In this document: one piece after another, positions 24,198-37,867 of the stretch
Position numbering within the stretch: position 1 is the first letter of the stretch
Layout of the letters: each line of letters begins with the position of its first letter
NCBI RefSeq assembly: GCF_035084215.1
Contig: NC_090328.1
Coordinates: forward strand, 105,524,001-105,588,000
DNA from: Heptranchias perlo
Lineage: Eukaryota
DNA: 64,000 bases
Direction of reading: 5' to 3'
Position numbers and translations under genes: made by a program
Notes under the pieces: model-generated
The model's input: the letters and a program-made list of their open reading frames with translations, nothing else
Told to the model about the DNA's origin: nothing
Databases searched by the model: none

Positions 24198-24954
24198 CCA
24201 CAACTTTCCAGAAATTGTAAATAAGTACGTTAGAGGATAAATGGTGAGAGGTTCTGCTGCCCTTTAGATCCTCACTCAGTGGAAGTGTGGACACATGCGC
24301 CCGTTGAGAGAAAACGGTTTATAAAACCTCAAATTAACAACGATTACTGACATCAGTTAATCAGAACTTACCTACTGAACCCAAATTTCCAAGACAATTC
24401 AGTGAGAGACAAATAATTTACTTGTAAAAGACGTACTATTGGTAGTGTGCTGTTTTATCGTCCCAGGTTCATTCTCCTGCTGATGTCCCATTACATAAGG
24501 TGATCTTTACTGTTCGACTTGTTTATGAAATTACAATGAAGGCTGTGGTTTTGTAGTGTTTTACTCTTATTAACACCAGTTTGACCTTGGCTCATAAACT
24601 TCCACTAATTAGCACTGGAGGCTGCTGTGGAAAATTGCATGAACGTAGCTTTTCTAATGGTGCATACACTCATTAGGATATCTGATGACCCTCATAATTA
24701 CACTTGTCCTTTGCACCACCACTAATAACTAACACAAAGTAGAAAATGCAGACTGTTGGTAAATTTGCTACTTGCATAATTATGGCCTAATTTCACTGCT
24801 GTTGGAAGCAAATCATCAAGTGAAAAAACTAACCCGATATGTTTCTGAATTTATAAGCAACAAGGGGTAACTTCCATGGTTTACAGGGAACACTTCGTCT
24901 GAGTCATGCATAGTTGAATCCAAGTGTGTGAAACCTTGATCAAAGCATATAATT

Positions 24955-25512
24955 GACCAAAGCCTCTCCACCACCAACAAGGCTCAAGTCAGGAGTGTGA
25001 TGGAATACTCTCCCCTTACTTGGATGAGTGCAGCTCCAACAACACTTGAGAAGCTCGACACCATCCAGGACAAAGTAGCCCACTTGATTGGCACCTCATC
25101 GACTAGCCTAAACACCTACCCCTTCTACCACCGACGTACCATGGCTGCAGTCTGTACTACCTAGAGCATACACAGTAGCAACTCGCCAAGGCTTCTTTGG
25201 CAGCATTGCCCAAACTCGTGACCTCCACCACATAGAAGAAGAAGGGCAGCTGGTGCATGAGGACACTGTCACCTGCAAGTTCCCCTCCTAGTCACACACC
25301 ATCCTGACTTAGACATATTTCGCCGTTCCTTCATCGTCGCTGGGTCAAAATCCTGGAATTCCCTACCTAACAGCATTGAAGAAGCACCTTCACTACTGAC
25401 TTCAGTGATTTAAGTAGAAGGCTCACCACCACCTTCTCAAGGGCAACTAGGGATGGGCAATAAATACTTGCCTTGCCAGTGGTGCCTGCATTCCAAGAAT
25501 GAATTAAAAAAA
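24955..25512 (+). mobile_element. CR1-group family 2 3' end with A-tail
   Basis: Reverse-complement match to 1541-2100. Confidence 0.85.
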
Positions 25513-25739
25513 GGCTTATCCCTCAAAACTCCCCAAACTCAACTCACAAAAGACCCTTGCAGCCATTAAACAGAGAAGACTTTCATCATCCTATCAGCCT
25601 GGGCTTGATTGAATCCAGGTCTCAGGGTGAAAAGGCAGTGTCTGGCCCACTTTGTCATCCAAGTCAGACTAACAGGATGAAAGTCTCATATTAAGTCCAG
25701 CACAGTTGAGATGCCTTAACCTTACACTGCATGGTCATC

Positions 25740-26030
25740 AACACTACTACTACTATTGCTACTACAAATTGCATTTATTTAGCGCCTTTAACATAGAAAA
25801 ACATCCCAAGGCACTTCACTGAGTCGCAATCAAAAAAAATGGATGCCGAGGCACAGAAGGAGATATTAGGGAAGGGTGGCCAAAAGTTTGGTCAGAGATG
25901 AGTTTCAAGGACGATCTTAAAGGAGGAGAAGGAGGTGGTAAAGTGGAAAGGTGGAGGAACTTAGGGAGGGAATTCCCAACTGTGGGACCTAGAGGGCTGA
26001 AGGTATGGCTGCAGGCACAGCACTAATGGT
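25740..26030 (-). mobile_element. L2 LINE 3' end
   Basis: Reverse-complement similarity to 8010-8277. Confidence 0.75.
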
Positions 26031-26049
26031 GTTCTGAATTATACTTTGG

Positions 26050-27920
26050 AATGTAGGAAGGTGCAGGACTGGGAAGAGTATACAGTCCATTTGGCCAGTC
26101 CCAAAATTATTTTCTCTCAATCGCCCACTTTTCTAAATATCTATCCAATTCTCCCTTAATTTATTCCACAATATTTGCCTCCACTGTTCCCTGTGTATTT
26201 CATTCTGCACATTCACCAGCCTCTGTGTAAAGTTTTAAATTTAAACTGCCTGTGCATGTTCCATTTTCTAAGCCTCACCCTGTGTCCCTGGTTCTAGAGT
26301 TTGTCACAATCTTCAAAACAGTACTGGGGTTCAATTTATCAATTCCCTACGGAATTTTAAATTCTTGAATAATATCTCCCTGAGGCTCCCCTTCTCCAGA
26401 GTAAACAACCCCAAGCTCTTTAATATTTCATAACTCAGATGCCTTAAACATGGTATTAGCTTTGTAGTCCTTTTCTGCACTGTCTGGATTAATGCTGTGA
26501 TGCAGCAACCAGAAGTGTACACAGTACTCCACATGTGGCCATAGCAATGCATTTTACAGACTCATTATCACCTCCTGGGATTTGTTCTTTATCCCTCTTG
26601 CTATAGATCCGGTTAGCTTTTCTTACTGCTGTTGCACACTGCACTATTGGTTTAAGTGAGCTCTGAGATCCCTCTCCCGTGTTGTATCCTGTGGGGTGAT
26701 TTAGTGTATATCCCCAATATTTATTTATTTTCTCCAGTCTTATTACCTTGCATGAGTGGTAAATGCCATTCATCACTTATCAGTCCACCGACCCAACTTA
26801 TCGAGATCTCTTTGTATTTGGTATGCCTTTTCTCTATTGAAAAATCTTGCTGTTGTTCCTTTCATGTCCTCAGAACATCCCAAAGTGCTTCACAGTCAAT
26901 AAAGTACTTTTTTGGAAGTGTAGTCACTAGTAATGTAGGCAAGTGCAGCAGTGATGTTGTACACAGTAAGGTCCCACAAACAGCAGTGAGGTAAATGACC
27001 AGATAATTCTTTTTAGTGGTATTGATTGAGGGGTAAATATTGGGCCAGAACATTAGGAGAACTCTCATGCTCTTCTTTGAATAGATGTTATGGGATCTTT
27101 CACATCCACCTGAGAGGGCAGATGATTTAATGTCTCATCTGAAAGACTATTGTTTGAAGCTTCCTGCAATTTAGTGTCACTGTTAAATGTTTGCTTTTAT
27201 CCCCCGGCTCCAAGTAACTGTTTACACTGTAAGTAGCAATGGCCCCTGCACTGATCCTTGTAACACCCGACAAGTGACTCCTTGGCGTGTCGATAAAGCC
27301 TCATTCACAGCCACCCTTTGTTTTCTCTGGTTTAGCCAACTTTCAATCCACCTCAGAAGCCTGCCTCCTATCCCATACCTTTCTATCTTGTCAACTAATT
27401 GCTTGTGTGCATGGTATCAAAAGCCTTGCTGAAATCCAAATGCATCAGTCCAAGGAGTTTCTGTTATCAACAAGGTCTGTAATTTCCTCGAAAAACTCCA
27501 GTAAATTTGTTAGACTAAATCTCATTCCCATAAATCCATGCTGACTCCCTCTTTCTATACCATACCCATCTAAATGGTCATTGACCTTCTTTCAGGATGC
27601 CTTCTAATATTTCACCAACTTAGAGATTAGGCTCATTCACCTCTAGTTTCCTGGTCACCATTATGCCCCATTTTAAAGACTGCTGTGATGCTATTTCCAA
27701 GTTCTCAGGCACTACTCCTGTTTCTTATGATTCCCAAAAGATACTTATAAGGGCAGCCAGTTCTTCAATTACCCTTGTATAAAGTCCAGGCTTGTCTTCA
27801 CTTAACTTCCACTGTGTCAGTCTAATCTGAAATTTCTATTTCTTTTAGTACTTCCTCACTTCCTTTCCCTGAAATTCAACTTTCATTCCTCCATAAACAC
27901 AGAAGTGAATCATTTAGTGT
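26050..27920 (-). mobile_element. Old CR1 LINE with a nested SINE
   Basis: VQKRTTKLIPCLRHLSYE..LGLFTLEK; decayed RT motifs at 27200-27700. Confidence 0.75.
26858..27146 (-). mobile_element. Deu-domain SINE fragment
   Basis: Matches the other SINE copies. Confidence 0.8.
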
Positions 27921-28499
27921 TTGCTATCCTTGTAATTTATCTCAGTCCACTGTGCTGCCTGTAGCTTTATACTTTAGGTACAGTTGGAAAGAAATATTTT
28001 TGCCTGCAGATATTTATGAAGCCAAGCAATGATCTAAGGGACACAAGCTTGTAAATAAACTCCTCTGGATCCCTAGGGAACAGAACCACATTCCCTCCTC
28101 CCCTAAAACTACTATAAATAGGAAACAAACTTACCAGGCACAAGCCAGAGGATATGCATAATATAGGAATAAAGCCTCACTAGCAACTAGCACAGGTCAG
28201 AAATAGGTCTATAACGTTAGTGCTAGCAGTGGAGCCTAATTAAATTACTCCTTATACTTATGGGCAGGATATACTGGCTACACACTGGCTACTCTAGCCT
28301 CCTCTGAAACCGGACTCATCCTTGCATATGCTTTGTAATGCAACGTATATGTACCTGTGCATAAACCTACCTTCTGCAGCTTTAAAGGAATCTGGAGCAC
28401 TCAGCGTAACTTTGCAAGATCCTTTGATCTCAAATGGAATTCCCGTATCTCTTCCATCTGCTCAACTTGAATACTGCTCCCACTTCTACGGGTACTCTT

Positions 28500-29985
28500 A
28501 GAATCATAAAATCATAGAATGGTTACAGCACAGAAGGAGACCAATTGGCCCGTTAAGCCCGTGCCAGCTCTCTGCAAGAGCAATCCAGTTAGCCCCACTC
28601 TCCCACCCTTTCCCCATAGCCCTGCAGATTTTTTCCCTTCAAGTACTTATCCAATTCCCTTTTGAAAACCATGATTGAATCTGCCTCCACCACCCTTTCA
28701 GACAGTGCATTCCAGATCATAACCACTCACTGTGTAAAAATGATTTTCGTCATGTCGCCTTTAATTCTTTTGCCAATCACCTTAAATCTGTGTCCTCTGG
28801 TTCTCAACCCTTCTGCCAATGGGAAGAGTTTCTCTCTATCTACTCTGTCTCGACACCTCATGATTTTGTACACCTCTATCAAATCTCCTCTCAACCTTCT
28901 CTGCTGCAAGGAGAACAACCCCAGCTTCTCCAGTCTATCCACATAACTGAAGTCCCTCATCCCTGGAACCATTCTAGTAAATCTTTTCTGTATTCTCTCT
29001 AAGGCCTTCACATCCTCCCTTAAGTCCAGTGCCCAGAATTGGACACAATACTCCAGTTGTGGCTGAACCAGTGTTTTATAAAGGTTCATCATAACCTCCT
29101 TGCTTTTGTACTCTATGTCTCTATTTATACAGCCCGGGATCCCATATGCTTTTTAAATGACCTGTGCACATATGCATATATACCCCCAGATCTCTCTGTT
29201 CTTGCACCCCCTTTAGAATTGTACAGTTTAGTTTATATTGCCTCTCCTCATTCTTCCTACCAAAATGTTTCATTTTGCAAGTCTTTGCTTTAAATTTCAT
29301 CTTTTTTTTTATTCGTTCATGGGATGTGGGCATCGCTGGCAAGGCCAGCATTTATTGCCCATCCTAATTGCCCTTGAGAAGGTGGTGGTGAGCCACGTAT
29401 CTGCCCATTCCAGCCTGTTGATCTCCTCTTGACGTCGATTACTATCCTCCTCACTGTTCACTACACTTCCAAGTTTTGTGTCATCTGCAAATTTGAATTT
29501 GTGCCCTGTACACCCAAGTCCAAGTCATTAATATATAGCAAGAAAAGCAGTGGTCATCGTACCGACCTCTGGGGAACACCATTGTATACCTTCATCCAGT
29601 CCGAAAAACAACCGTTCACCACTACTTTCTGTTTTCTGTCTCTTAGCTAATTTCGTATCCATGCTGCCACTGGCCCTTTCATTCCATGGGCTTCAACTTT
29701 GCTGACAAGCCTATTTTGTGGCACTTTATCAAACGCCATTTGGAAGTCCATATACACCACATCAACCGCATTGCCCTCATCAACCCTCTCTGTCACCTCC
29801 TCAAAAAACTCAATCAAGTTAGTTAAATACGAATTGCCTTTAACAAATCTGTGCTCTCTTTCGTTAATTAATCCACACTTGTCCAAGTGACCATTAATTT
29901 TGACTGTTGATTATCATTTCTAAAAGCTTCCCCACCACTGAGGTTAAACTGACTGGCCTGTAGTTGCTGGGTTTATCCTTACATC
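28500..29985 (-). mobile_element. CR1 LINE 3' part, with a family-2 3'-end insert at about 29302-29394
   Basis: LYKTLVQPQLEYCVQFW; VYMDFQMAFDKVP; (TAGAATCA)n tail at 28500-28520. Confidence 0.92.
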
Positions 29986-30362
29986 CTTACACCCCTCTTC
30001 TAATGCTTTTCTTGCATTCCTGGATCGAATACAAGAAAAAAACTTGGCATCGAATAGGCAACTCCTTTACCCTTCCAGCTACTAAGATCCCTCTCCCCAC
30101 AGCAACCTTTCATATCTATGTTATTGTCAGTGCTCCTCTGAACTTTTCTCTCTTGTATCTCTTAACCTACTAGTAAGCCATCCTAAATCATCTACCTATT
30201 CTCTGCTTCTTCACTGTTGAAATTAAGACTCATCAGGCTGATTCCTATTCTAACTTATTCTTTCTCGGGACCACAGTGCTCCTCACTTCCCTCAGTCTTC
30301 CCATCTCAAACAATCTACATGCTTGTAAAACCCAACAATGGGAGGATCTAATCACTACTCCC

Positions 30363-31782
30363 TAAGTTATAGAACCAGGGTTCTGGCCATTTATTAAATC
30401 ATATTTTAAATCCAATAACCCCAAGAAAGAACTGTACTGTTTGGCAAGCTTGTGGGAGTGGCTTAGGGAATAGGATTGACTGGCAGGAGTTTCGAGCCAG
30501 GCTAACCTGACTAAGGTGCTTTCATATACAAACGGACATTTCACACTGACAGGCTGGGTGGAAGGGAACCCAGGCCGATTGACGTCATCACCATTTAACA
30601 TGATTACTGGGAACAATACCCCGAGAGGTAACTCAGAGACACTCAGTCCCAACCGAAACTGGTGGAAGGCAGGAGATGGCCGGGCCATTGTCTTCAAGGA
30701 GAGAAGCCAGTTAAGCAAGATCGGTTTGAGATCAAAACCCATTACCTGCTAATGGGGGCCATCAACTCAGGAAACGACAGATACCCAGTAATCAGCACCC
30801 ATTGTCTCTCCAGTTGCAAGGCCTGGGAGCGGGAAAACGAAATAGCATTTTTCACAAAGATTTCAAAGGTTATGAGTCACTCCTGGCCCCAGGGGGGGTG
30901 GGGGGGTGTCCAGACAGATCACCTGAGTCAATGCATCGATCAGTATTGGTGGGAGAAAAGGTGATGGGTTTTGGGGATATGAGGAGCCGTGTGGCAATGG
31001 TTCCTTGCTCGGCTCAGCTCTCTGCTGTCTGCTCTGCGCTCTGCTCTCTTCTCTCTTCTCCTCGGCATTAATCTACAGTGAGTCTCCAGAGTGGGGCTCA
31101 GCTCGATTCAATGGAACACCGCCAGAAGCTGAGCGCTGCTCTTCATCCCTCATCAACGGACCTCGACTCAAACTGGATCTTGGATACTGCTTCGGCAGTA
31201 CGGAACCAGGAGCGAGACGTGCAGGAAGAAACTGCAAGCAAAACAATGGGCAATCGGAGTGAGCATATTGCCTGTGCCTACACATCCACAAGACCACTTA
31301 GCTGTGTGAGGGGGTGATTGTAAGTCCCAACCAAACCTTAGACGGTTTTAGTGCTGGGGGGGGTCCTGCGTTAGTTTATTTTACGGGTGGGTTCTCATAT
31401 TAGGCCGTGGTAATTTAGTGCGGTAGGGCTTATTGGACAAGCCAGGGTTGTACTGTTTGTACAATGGGTGCTGATTACTGGGTATCTGTCGTTTCCTGAG
31501 TTGATGGCCCCCATTAGCAGGTAATGGGTTTTGATCTCAAACCGATCTTGCTTAACTGGCTTCTCTCCTTGAAGACAATGGTCTGGCCATCTCCTGCCTT
31601 CCACCAGTTTCGGTTGGGACTGAGTGTCTCTGAGTTACCTCTCGGGGTCTTGTTCCCAGTAATCATGTTAAATGGTGATTACTAGTGTCATAGTTAATCT
31701 TATTAAACACAATACGGTTGAGCCCGAAAACGTGTGTCCGAGTCTGATCTGTCCTTATAATCCCTATAGTTCCAGTACTTAT
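30363..31782. mobile_element. Possible solo LTR / LTR-like repeat containing a long inverted duplication
   Basis: CpG-richer block with TAAGT...ACTTA ends and ATTAAA at 31702; no TSD seen; classification is tentative. Confidence 0.3.
30587..31679. repeat. 219-bp inverted repeat (30587-30805 and 31461-31679), 655-bp spacer
   Basis: Arms are reverse complements with 3 mismatches by manual comparison; mirrored ORFs 30662+ and 31604-. Confidence 0.95.
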
Positions 31783-31789
31783 AGTAAGA

Positions 31790-32480
31790 GGTGTGTCATG
31801 AACAGGTGCAGAAAATAATCAAGAAGGCTAATGGAATGCTGGCCTTCATATCTAGAGGACTCGAGTACAAGGGGGCAGAAATTATGCTGCAGCTATACAG
31901 AACCCTGGTCAGACCGCACCTGGAGTACTGTGAGCAGTTCTGGGCACCGCACCTTCGGAAGGACATATTGGCCTTGGAGGGAGTGCAGCGTAGGTTTACT
32001 AGAATGATACCCAGACTTCAAGGGTTAAGTTACGAGGAGAGATTACACAAATTGGGGTTGTATTCTCTCGAGTTTAGAAGGTTAAGGGGTGATCTGATCG
32101 AAGTTTATGAGATATTAAGGGGAACGGATAGGGTGGATAGAGAGAAACTATTTCTGCTGGTTGGGGTTTCTAGGAGTAGGGGCCACAGTCTAAAAATTAG
32201 AGCCAGACCTTTCAGGAGCGAGATTAGAAAACATTTCTACACACAAAGGGTGGTAGAAGTTTGGAACTCTCTTCCGCAAACGGCAATTGATACTAGCTCA
32301 ATTGCCAAATTTAAATGTGAGATAGATAGCTTTTTGGCAACCATAGGTATTAAGGGATATGGGCCAAAGGCAGGTATATGGAGCTAGATCACAGATCAGC
32401 CATGATCTTATCAAGTGGCGGAGCAGGCACGAGGGGCTGAATGGCCTACTCCTGTTCCTATATTCCTATGTTCCTATGTT
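31790..32480 (+). mobile_element. CR1 LINE 3' end, young (198-aa open frame)
   Basis: KANGMLAFISRGLEYK...HFYTQRVVEVWNSLP; (TTCCTATG)n tail. Confidence 0.95.
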
Positions 32481-33274
32481 TTCGGTATGCCCGAGAAAAC
32501 CACTTACAAGTTATACAGACTTCTTTCTTATTACCCTCCATTGGCTACTTTTAGAGATACATTTTTGTAGATATTTAGTAGATAGCATTCTCCCCTTTAT
32601 ACTTACATCAATTTTTGTCTAAAAATGGTGAATAAGAGTTAGATTATATTCTTCAACCTTCGTGCAGTTTCCCCTGCCCCAGAGCACCATGAGCCACAGA
32701 GATCACATGCATAACTATTAGTAGACTGCCAGGGTTAAAGTTAAAGAACAATTTTTCTGTCATGCATTGGTGATGGGCAAGTTACAGACTCAGAAAACTT
32801 AGACTCAAATGCATACTTCAAAAAAATAAAGATCTGTTTGATTTGACCACTACAGGTTGCACTGCAGGGGAAAAAAGCATCAGAATCAAATAATCTGCTC
32901 TCAACTAGCAAGAATGAAAAGCAAGAAGCAATGACTTAAATTCAGAGGTGTCATTTATGTTGTTGTGGTCTTGGAGACGACACTTGGTAGAACACTGACT
33001 GTACATTTAGACAAGGGCATTTTGTCCCTCCTCATAGTATATTGAAATGAAGCTGTGAAAGTGCTTGTTGCTCAGCCATTTTTTTAAATGGTAGATGCAT
33101 TTGACATCAAAGCGGAACAACCTGAACCAAACTCAGACATTTCCAATAAATCCAAAATTATCCATTTTGGGCTTTTCATTCAGTTCAGTGTGGAGCTGCC
33201 ATCTGCTTGGTTTGGACTGGGATGTCTGTAAATTTCTTGATTCTTAAATTTAAACTGAACTAAATCTTTTCTCC

Positions 33275-33446
33275 CCAAAGCGTTTTACAGCCAATGAAGT
33301 ACTTTAAAGTGTAGTCACTGTTGTAACGTAGAAAACGCATCAGCCAATTTGCGCACAGCAAGGTCTCATAAACAGCAATGAGATAAATGACCAGTTAATC
33401 TGTCAATGTTCCTAGTGATATTGGTTGAGGGATAAATATTGGCCAG
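33275..33446 (-). mobile_element. Deu-SINE fragment
   Basis: Matches the other SINE copies. Confidence 0.75.
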
Positions 33447-33449
33447 GAG

Positions 33450-33950
33450 GCAAGGGTATCACATGCACAGGCTGGAGGTCCCCCGAGACTTTCATTGTGT
33501 CTTGCACCAAATATGACTATCTCAAAAGAAATGCATTGTGGCAGCTGCCAGGGAACTGGGCATTAATCTGAACGATTCTGTTCTGCTGGTTGTAGATCAG
33601 CTGGATGTTGAGAGAGTAGAACGCCTTTCTGTTCATGCAGACTACAACACAAGAGACAGGAGGTCAAATGGGTACATGGGTGCAATCAATCATTGCTTGT
33701 ACATGTGGAAAGCCAGCAATACAATGATATTGTGCAGCCGATGTTAGGCTGCTGTTGTTCATTGATGAATGTCATGAAGGTGTTGGCACTCCTGAATAAG
33801 ATGCATCCATGGGCAGCCAACTAAGTGGCATTGCACTAGCCTGGCAGGAAGTTGATGATATAGATTGAGGGGTGTGATTACCTTGACAGCCATTAAAAAT
33901 GCTGTCAGATTGCAGATGTTGACCATGGGTCTTCTTGCAGGAGATGGCAC
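33450..33950 (-). pseudogene. Decayed Harbinger nuclease remnant
   Basis: Minus-strand AVKVITPLNLY, IDCTHVP and MNRKAFYSLNIQLI. Confidence 0.75.
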
Positions 33951-35496
33951 AGTTTGGTCACTGCCTCCCTGCTACTCCATAGTCTCCGAAAGCACAGATC
34001 TTCAATCAACCCCAGGAACCTGTGCCTGGGACAGTACACTCGGCAAGCAGCATAGTGTCAAGAATGGATAGTACGCCTTTGGTCCCACCATACATCTCTA
34101 GGAGCCCAATCCTGCTTCTGCTCCTGTCAGTCCCAGGGGAGCAGTAATAGCAACCTGCCTTTGTACTGTGTACACAGAACAACCTTTTGTCAGAGGCAGC
34201 TGCTTCCTAGAGATTCTGCAGTCAAAATCAGCCACGACCTGGGAAGTCCCCTCTGGAACAGATCCTGGCCCTGTTCCAATACGTAATCTTGCACATCCCC
34301 CCTGTAACTGGTAAATTTGCCGGTATTGATAGGGTTAAGGCTCAGCATTGTGTGCTGTACAGCAGAGTCCTGTTCCCAATGCCAGAAATGTGGATTGGAG
34401 CAGCGAACAATCGACAAACATGTCTCCCAATTTTACTGACACTTTTTCTGTCAACAACAATTTTTAGGCTTCAGTAACCCACAGTTCACCTACGAATACT
34501 GCACCAATAGCAATTTATAACCTAGAGAGTCTCCTTTACCCACCTGCTTCAATTCCACAAACAACAAGAAAAGGAAGCAATCATTTTAAACTATTATTAA
34601 TCCTGTATTCTTCTCCACCAAATATACAAGTGTTTGGGAAATAGCTTCTTTTGTTGTGAGGTTTGTTTTGTCAGGTTCATTTTAGTTTCTCAGGAAACCA
34701 AAATGGTGGAGCAAAGCCAGCAAAGGAAATGTCCCACACAATACAGTAAACAGCCTTTCCAAATCACTAACTCACAGCATTAGCAGATGATGCACTAACA
34801 TTGGGTCCACACGGTAAGATTTTCCTGAAGAATTCTTAGGATGCTGACTACAGGATGCCTAGTTGTGAGAAGTTTAATTAAATCACATTTTGTGCTATGG
34901 AGGGAAGTCAATATAGAATTAACAAGCTCTCTGGGGGAGGGTTCATGTGAAGATGTGGTGATATTTTGTATTATCTGAGTATAATGCTCCCCAAAAATGT
35001 ATTAAAAACCCACCAATTGATGCTAAGTAGCACTATAGAGCAAGTTGCACTCTCCAGACAAAAATGTTACTTTTGTAAGGAATGCAAACAATACGGGTAA
35101 AAATCCTGTGGCCTTGTCCACTGCCCATTGAATGAATATAATTTATTTAACACATAAGGTGGAGATGGAGTTGGAAGAGGGACAGAGGACATGGCAAAAT
35201 TGAATAGATATAGCAATTTAATATGGCAAATGTTGACTGCAAAGTGTGACCAAGTTTTGTGACTACAGGAGGTAAGGCTTGTGCATGAGAAGCTCATGCC
35301 CTATGCAAAACTTTTCAAAATCAGGAGTGAATTTTGGGAAATTGAACGCTGAGGCCAGCAGGCCCAAATTAAGAATGGAAAATCCTCCAGGACTCGTTGA
35401 TCTTCTTGCCCGAATTCCTGATGTTAATTTCTGGTAGGTGAAGCTGAGCTCTGGGAATGCAAATATGGAAAATTTACTCTGCCATGAGCTTAAGGT

Positions 35497-35943
35497 GTCA
35501 GCTGTGGCTCAGTGGTAGCACTCTCACCTCTGAGTTTGAAAGTTGTGATTTCAAACCCCGCTCCAGAGACTTGAGGACAAAATCTAGGCTGACACTGGAG
35601 TACTGCACAGTCAGAGGTGCTGTATTTTGGCTGAGGCATTAAACCGAGACCCCATCTGCCCTCTCAGCTGGATGTAAAAAGATCCCATGACACTATTTGA
35701 AGAATAGGGAAGTTTTCCCTGGTGTCCTGGCCAATATTTATCCCTCAACCATCACCACTAAAACAGTTTAGCTGGTCATTATCACATTGCTGTTTATGGG
35801 ACTTTACTGTGCGCAAATTGGCTGCAACATTACCTACATTGCAACAGTGGCCACACTTCAAAAGTAACTTATTGACTGCAAGGTGCTTTGGAACGTCCTG
35901 AGTTTGTGAAAGGTGCTATATAAATGTGAGTTCTTTCTTTCTT
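35497..35943 (+). mobile_element. Full-length Deu-domain SINE
   Basis: Colinear with 23318-23783. Confidence 0.88.
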
Positions 35944-36057
35944 CAGATGACATCCAGAAACCACAGGAGTGAAATGTAAAGGTTGAGCAGGTTATCGATT
36001 CCATCCAAATGCATCGCTGCATTGAAACACAGACCTACCTGTGTTTTTCTTTATGAA

Positions 36058-36227
36058 GGAAGATTTTATGACTTCATACCCCCAGCACAGAGCTTCCCAC
36101 AGCGGGAAAAGTTAATGGACAGAAAATTCATGTGGGCCATGGCTGACCTCTGCACACAAATTCCTGAAATGTGCTCCTGGTTTGCATAAGCTATGTGCTG
36201 GGAACAGAAATCAGTCAAATCTACCCT
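36058..36227. mobile_element. Degenerate MITE-like hairpin
   Basis: CCCAGCACAGAGCTT ... AAGCTATGTGCTGGG inverted arms extending to AGATTT/AAATCT. Confidence 0.5.
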
Positions 36228-36629
36228 ATGATGCAGCTATGTGCAATCATTTGTTACTGTTTTCATTTAGTGAGGATAACCACATTCTGGAAGGAAGCAT
36301 TTTAAACAAACGTCAGGGTCAGACAATTGAATCGCATAAATCAAACTGAATTAACATTGTATTGCACAAGGAGTTACAGAGAAATAGCTTATCTTAGACT
36401 CAGTTGAATGCAGAGCTGGAGGGACTGGATCGCATCAAGCATGTTTACTGCATATGATCTTTGGAGGTTGGCCTATTGAAATTATTTTAGCGAGTTTCCG
36501 GCCTGGACTGGGCCTGGTGCTGGGATCACTGATTGTGGCTGTGGCATTCAAGAGTTGCTCATCATTTGACCAGGAAATAAAGACTACTGTTTGGAGCCCT
36601 TCAAATTTAATAGAGGGAAGACGAGGAAG

Positions 36630-37295
36630 AAGAAGGAGGAGCATTTGAGGTCTTAGGAGGGTTGCCCCATTTTGGGACAGAAAGGCACCCTCCTCACAGA
36701 ACAGCAGCCTACACTGTATGGTAGGATGTGGTGAAGAAAGGCAACGGGGTGTCCAATGTTCCCAAGTATTGGGAGACGATGAGGAAAAAGCTTGGAAGGC
36801 TCCCAAGGTAAGACCTAGGACTTTGCCTACACAATGTTTCCCACCATAGTATGCATGCCACAAAGAGTTTCTTCTCAACAGCTACTGTTTGACTAAGGTA
36901 TTATGCAGAGCACTCAGGTAATCTTTGTGCTCTTTCACACGTGTACATACATACCCATATTGTTGCAGGGCAATCTCTGTGCAGGCATCAAAATAAGCAA
37001 CCAGGGTTGTACATGAAGAAAAGGGATTTGTGGTAATGCTCGGATAGACATCTATAATGCCCTGCACTTTGTGGAAACCTGCAACACAGAAAAAGGGCAG
37101 TGCCCTCTCATGCTGCTGGTTGCTATCCGTGGTGAAAATTTTTGCCCTGATAAATGAGGCATCTGACACCTGCACTGTTGAATGACAGATGCGGCAAATA
37201 ACCCTGAGGTGGCTTGATATGCTTTAGCAGTAGAAAAAGTCATGGCTGCAGTCACCTTTACAGTCAGTAGCACAGCCATTCCAGTCGTCAGTCTT
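36630..37295 (-). pseudogene. Decayed Harbinger nuclease remnant
   Basis: TVKVTAAMTF and AGFHKVQGIID correspond to VKVTVALNF and AGFPTVQGAID. Confidence 0.7.
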
Positions 37296-37317
37296 GTCAG
37301 GAGATCAGGCTGGAGAA

Positions 37318-37510
37318 TACAACAGCAACTTGCATTCATCCAGCACCTTTAATGTAGAAAAATATATCCCGGGCACTTTACAGAGGTGTGGGGAAAATGG
37401 ATGCAGAGACAAAGGAATGATTATGAAGGATAACCGAAAGCTTGGTCAAAGAGATGGGTTTAAGGAGGATCTTAAAGTAAGAGGCAGTGTGGAAATCGGA
37501 GGGGTTTAGG
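37318..37510 (-). mobile_element. L2 3' fragment
   Basis: CAACTTGCATTCATCCAGCACCTTTAA tail in reverse orientation. Confidence 0.6.
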
Positions 37511-37867
37511 ATGAGTGTTCTGCCTATGGTATATGCTGAAGCAGAGCTGGTGAAGGTGGACTATGGGTAGCTGTATCTTGGTATATACTCGTGGCTTCTC
37601 TGCTAAGGGCGAATGGGGGCAGTCCAATTCTGGTGAAAACAGTCGTGCCTTTCATCCATCCTCAAATCCTCCTCTTCCCTCTCCAAGACAATAAGAAAGG
37701 AACACCTGAGGAATTCCCATATCCTGAATTTTGATACAGCTCCCAGGAATTCTGAGGTGAAAATTGCAAAGAAAAGAAAAGAAAAAATATGGCAAAGACA
37801 AATGCCACCAAAATAATGCAGAAAAAGTGGTGCAGAAGTCACAAGACCAAAAAGCAAAACTCCAGTA

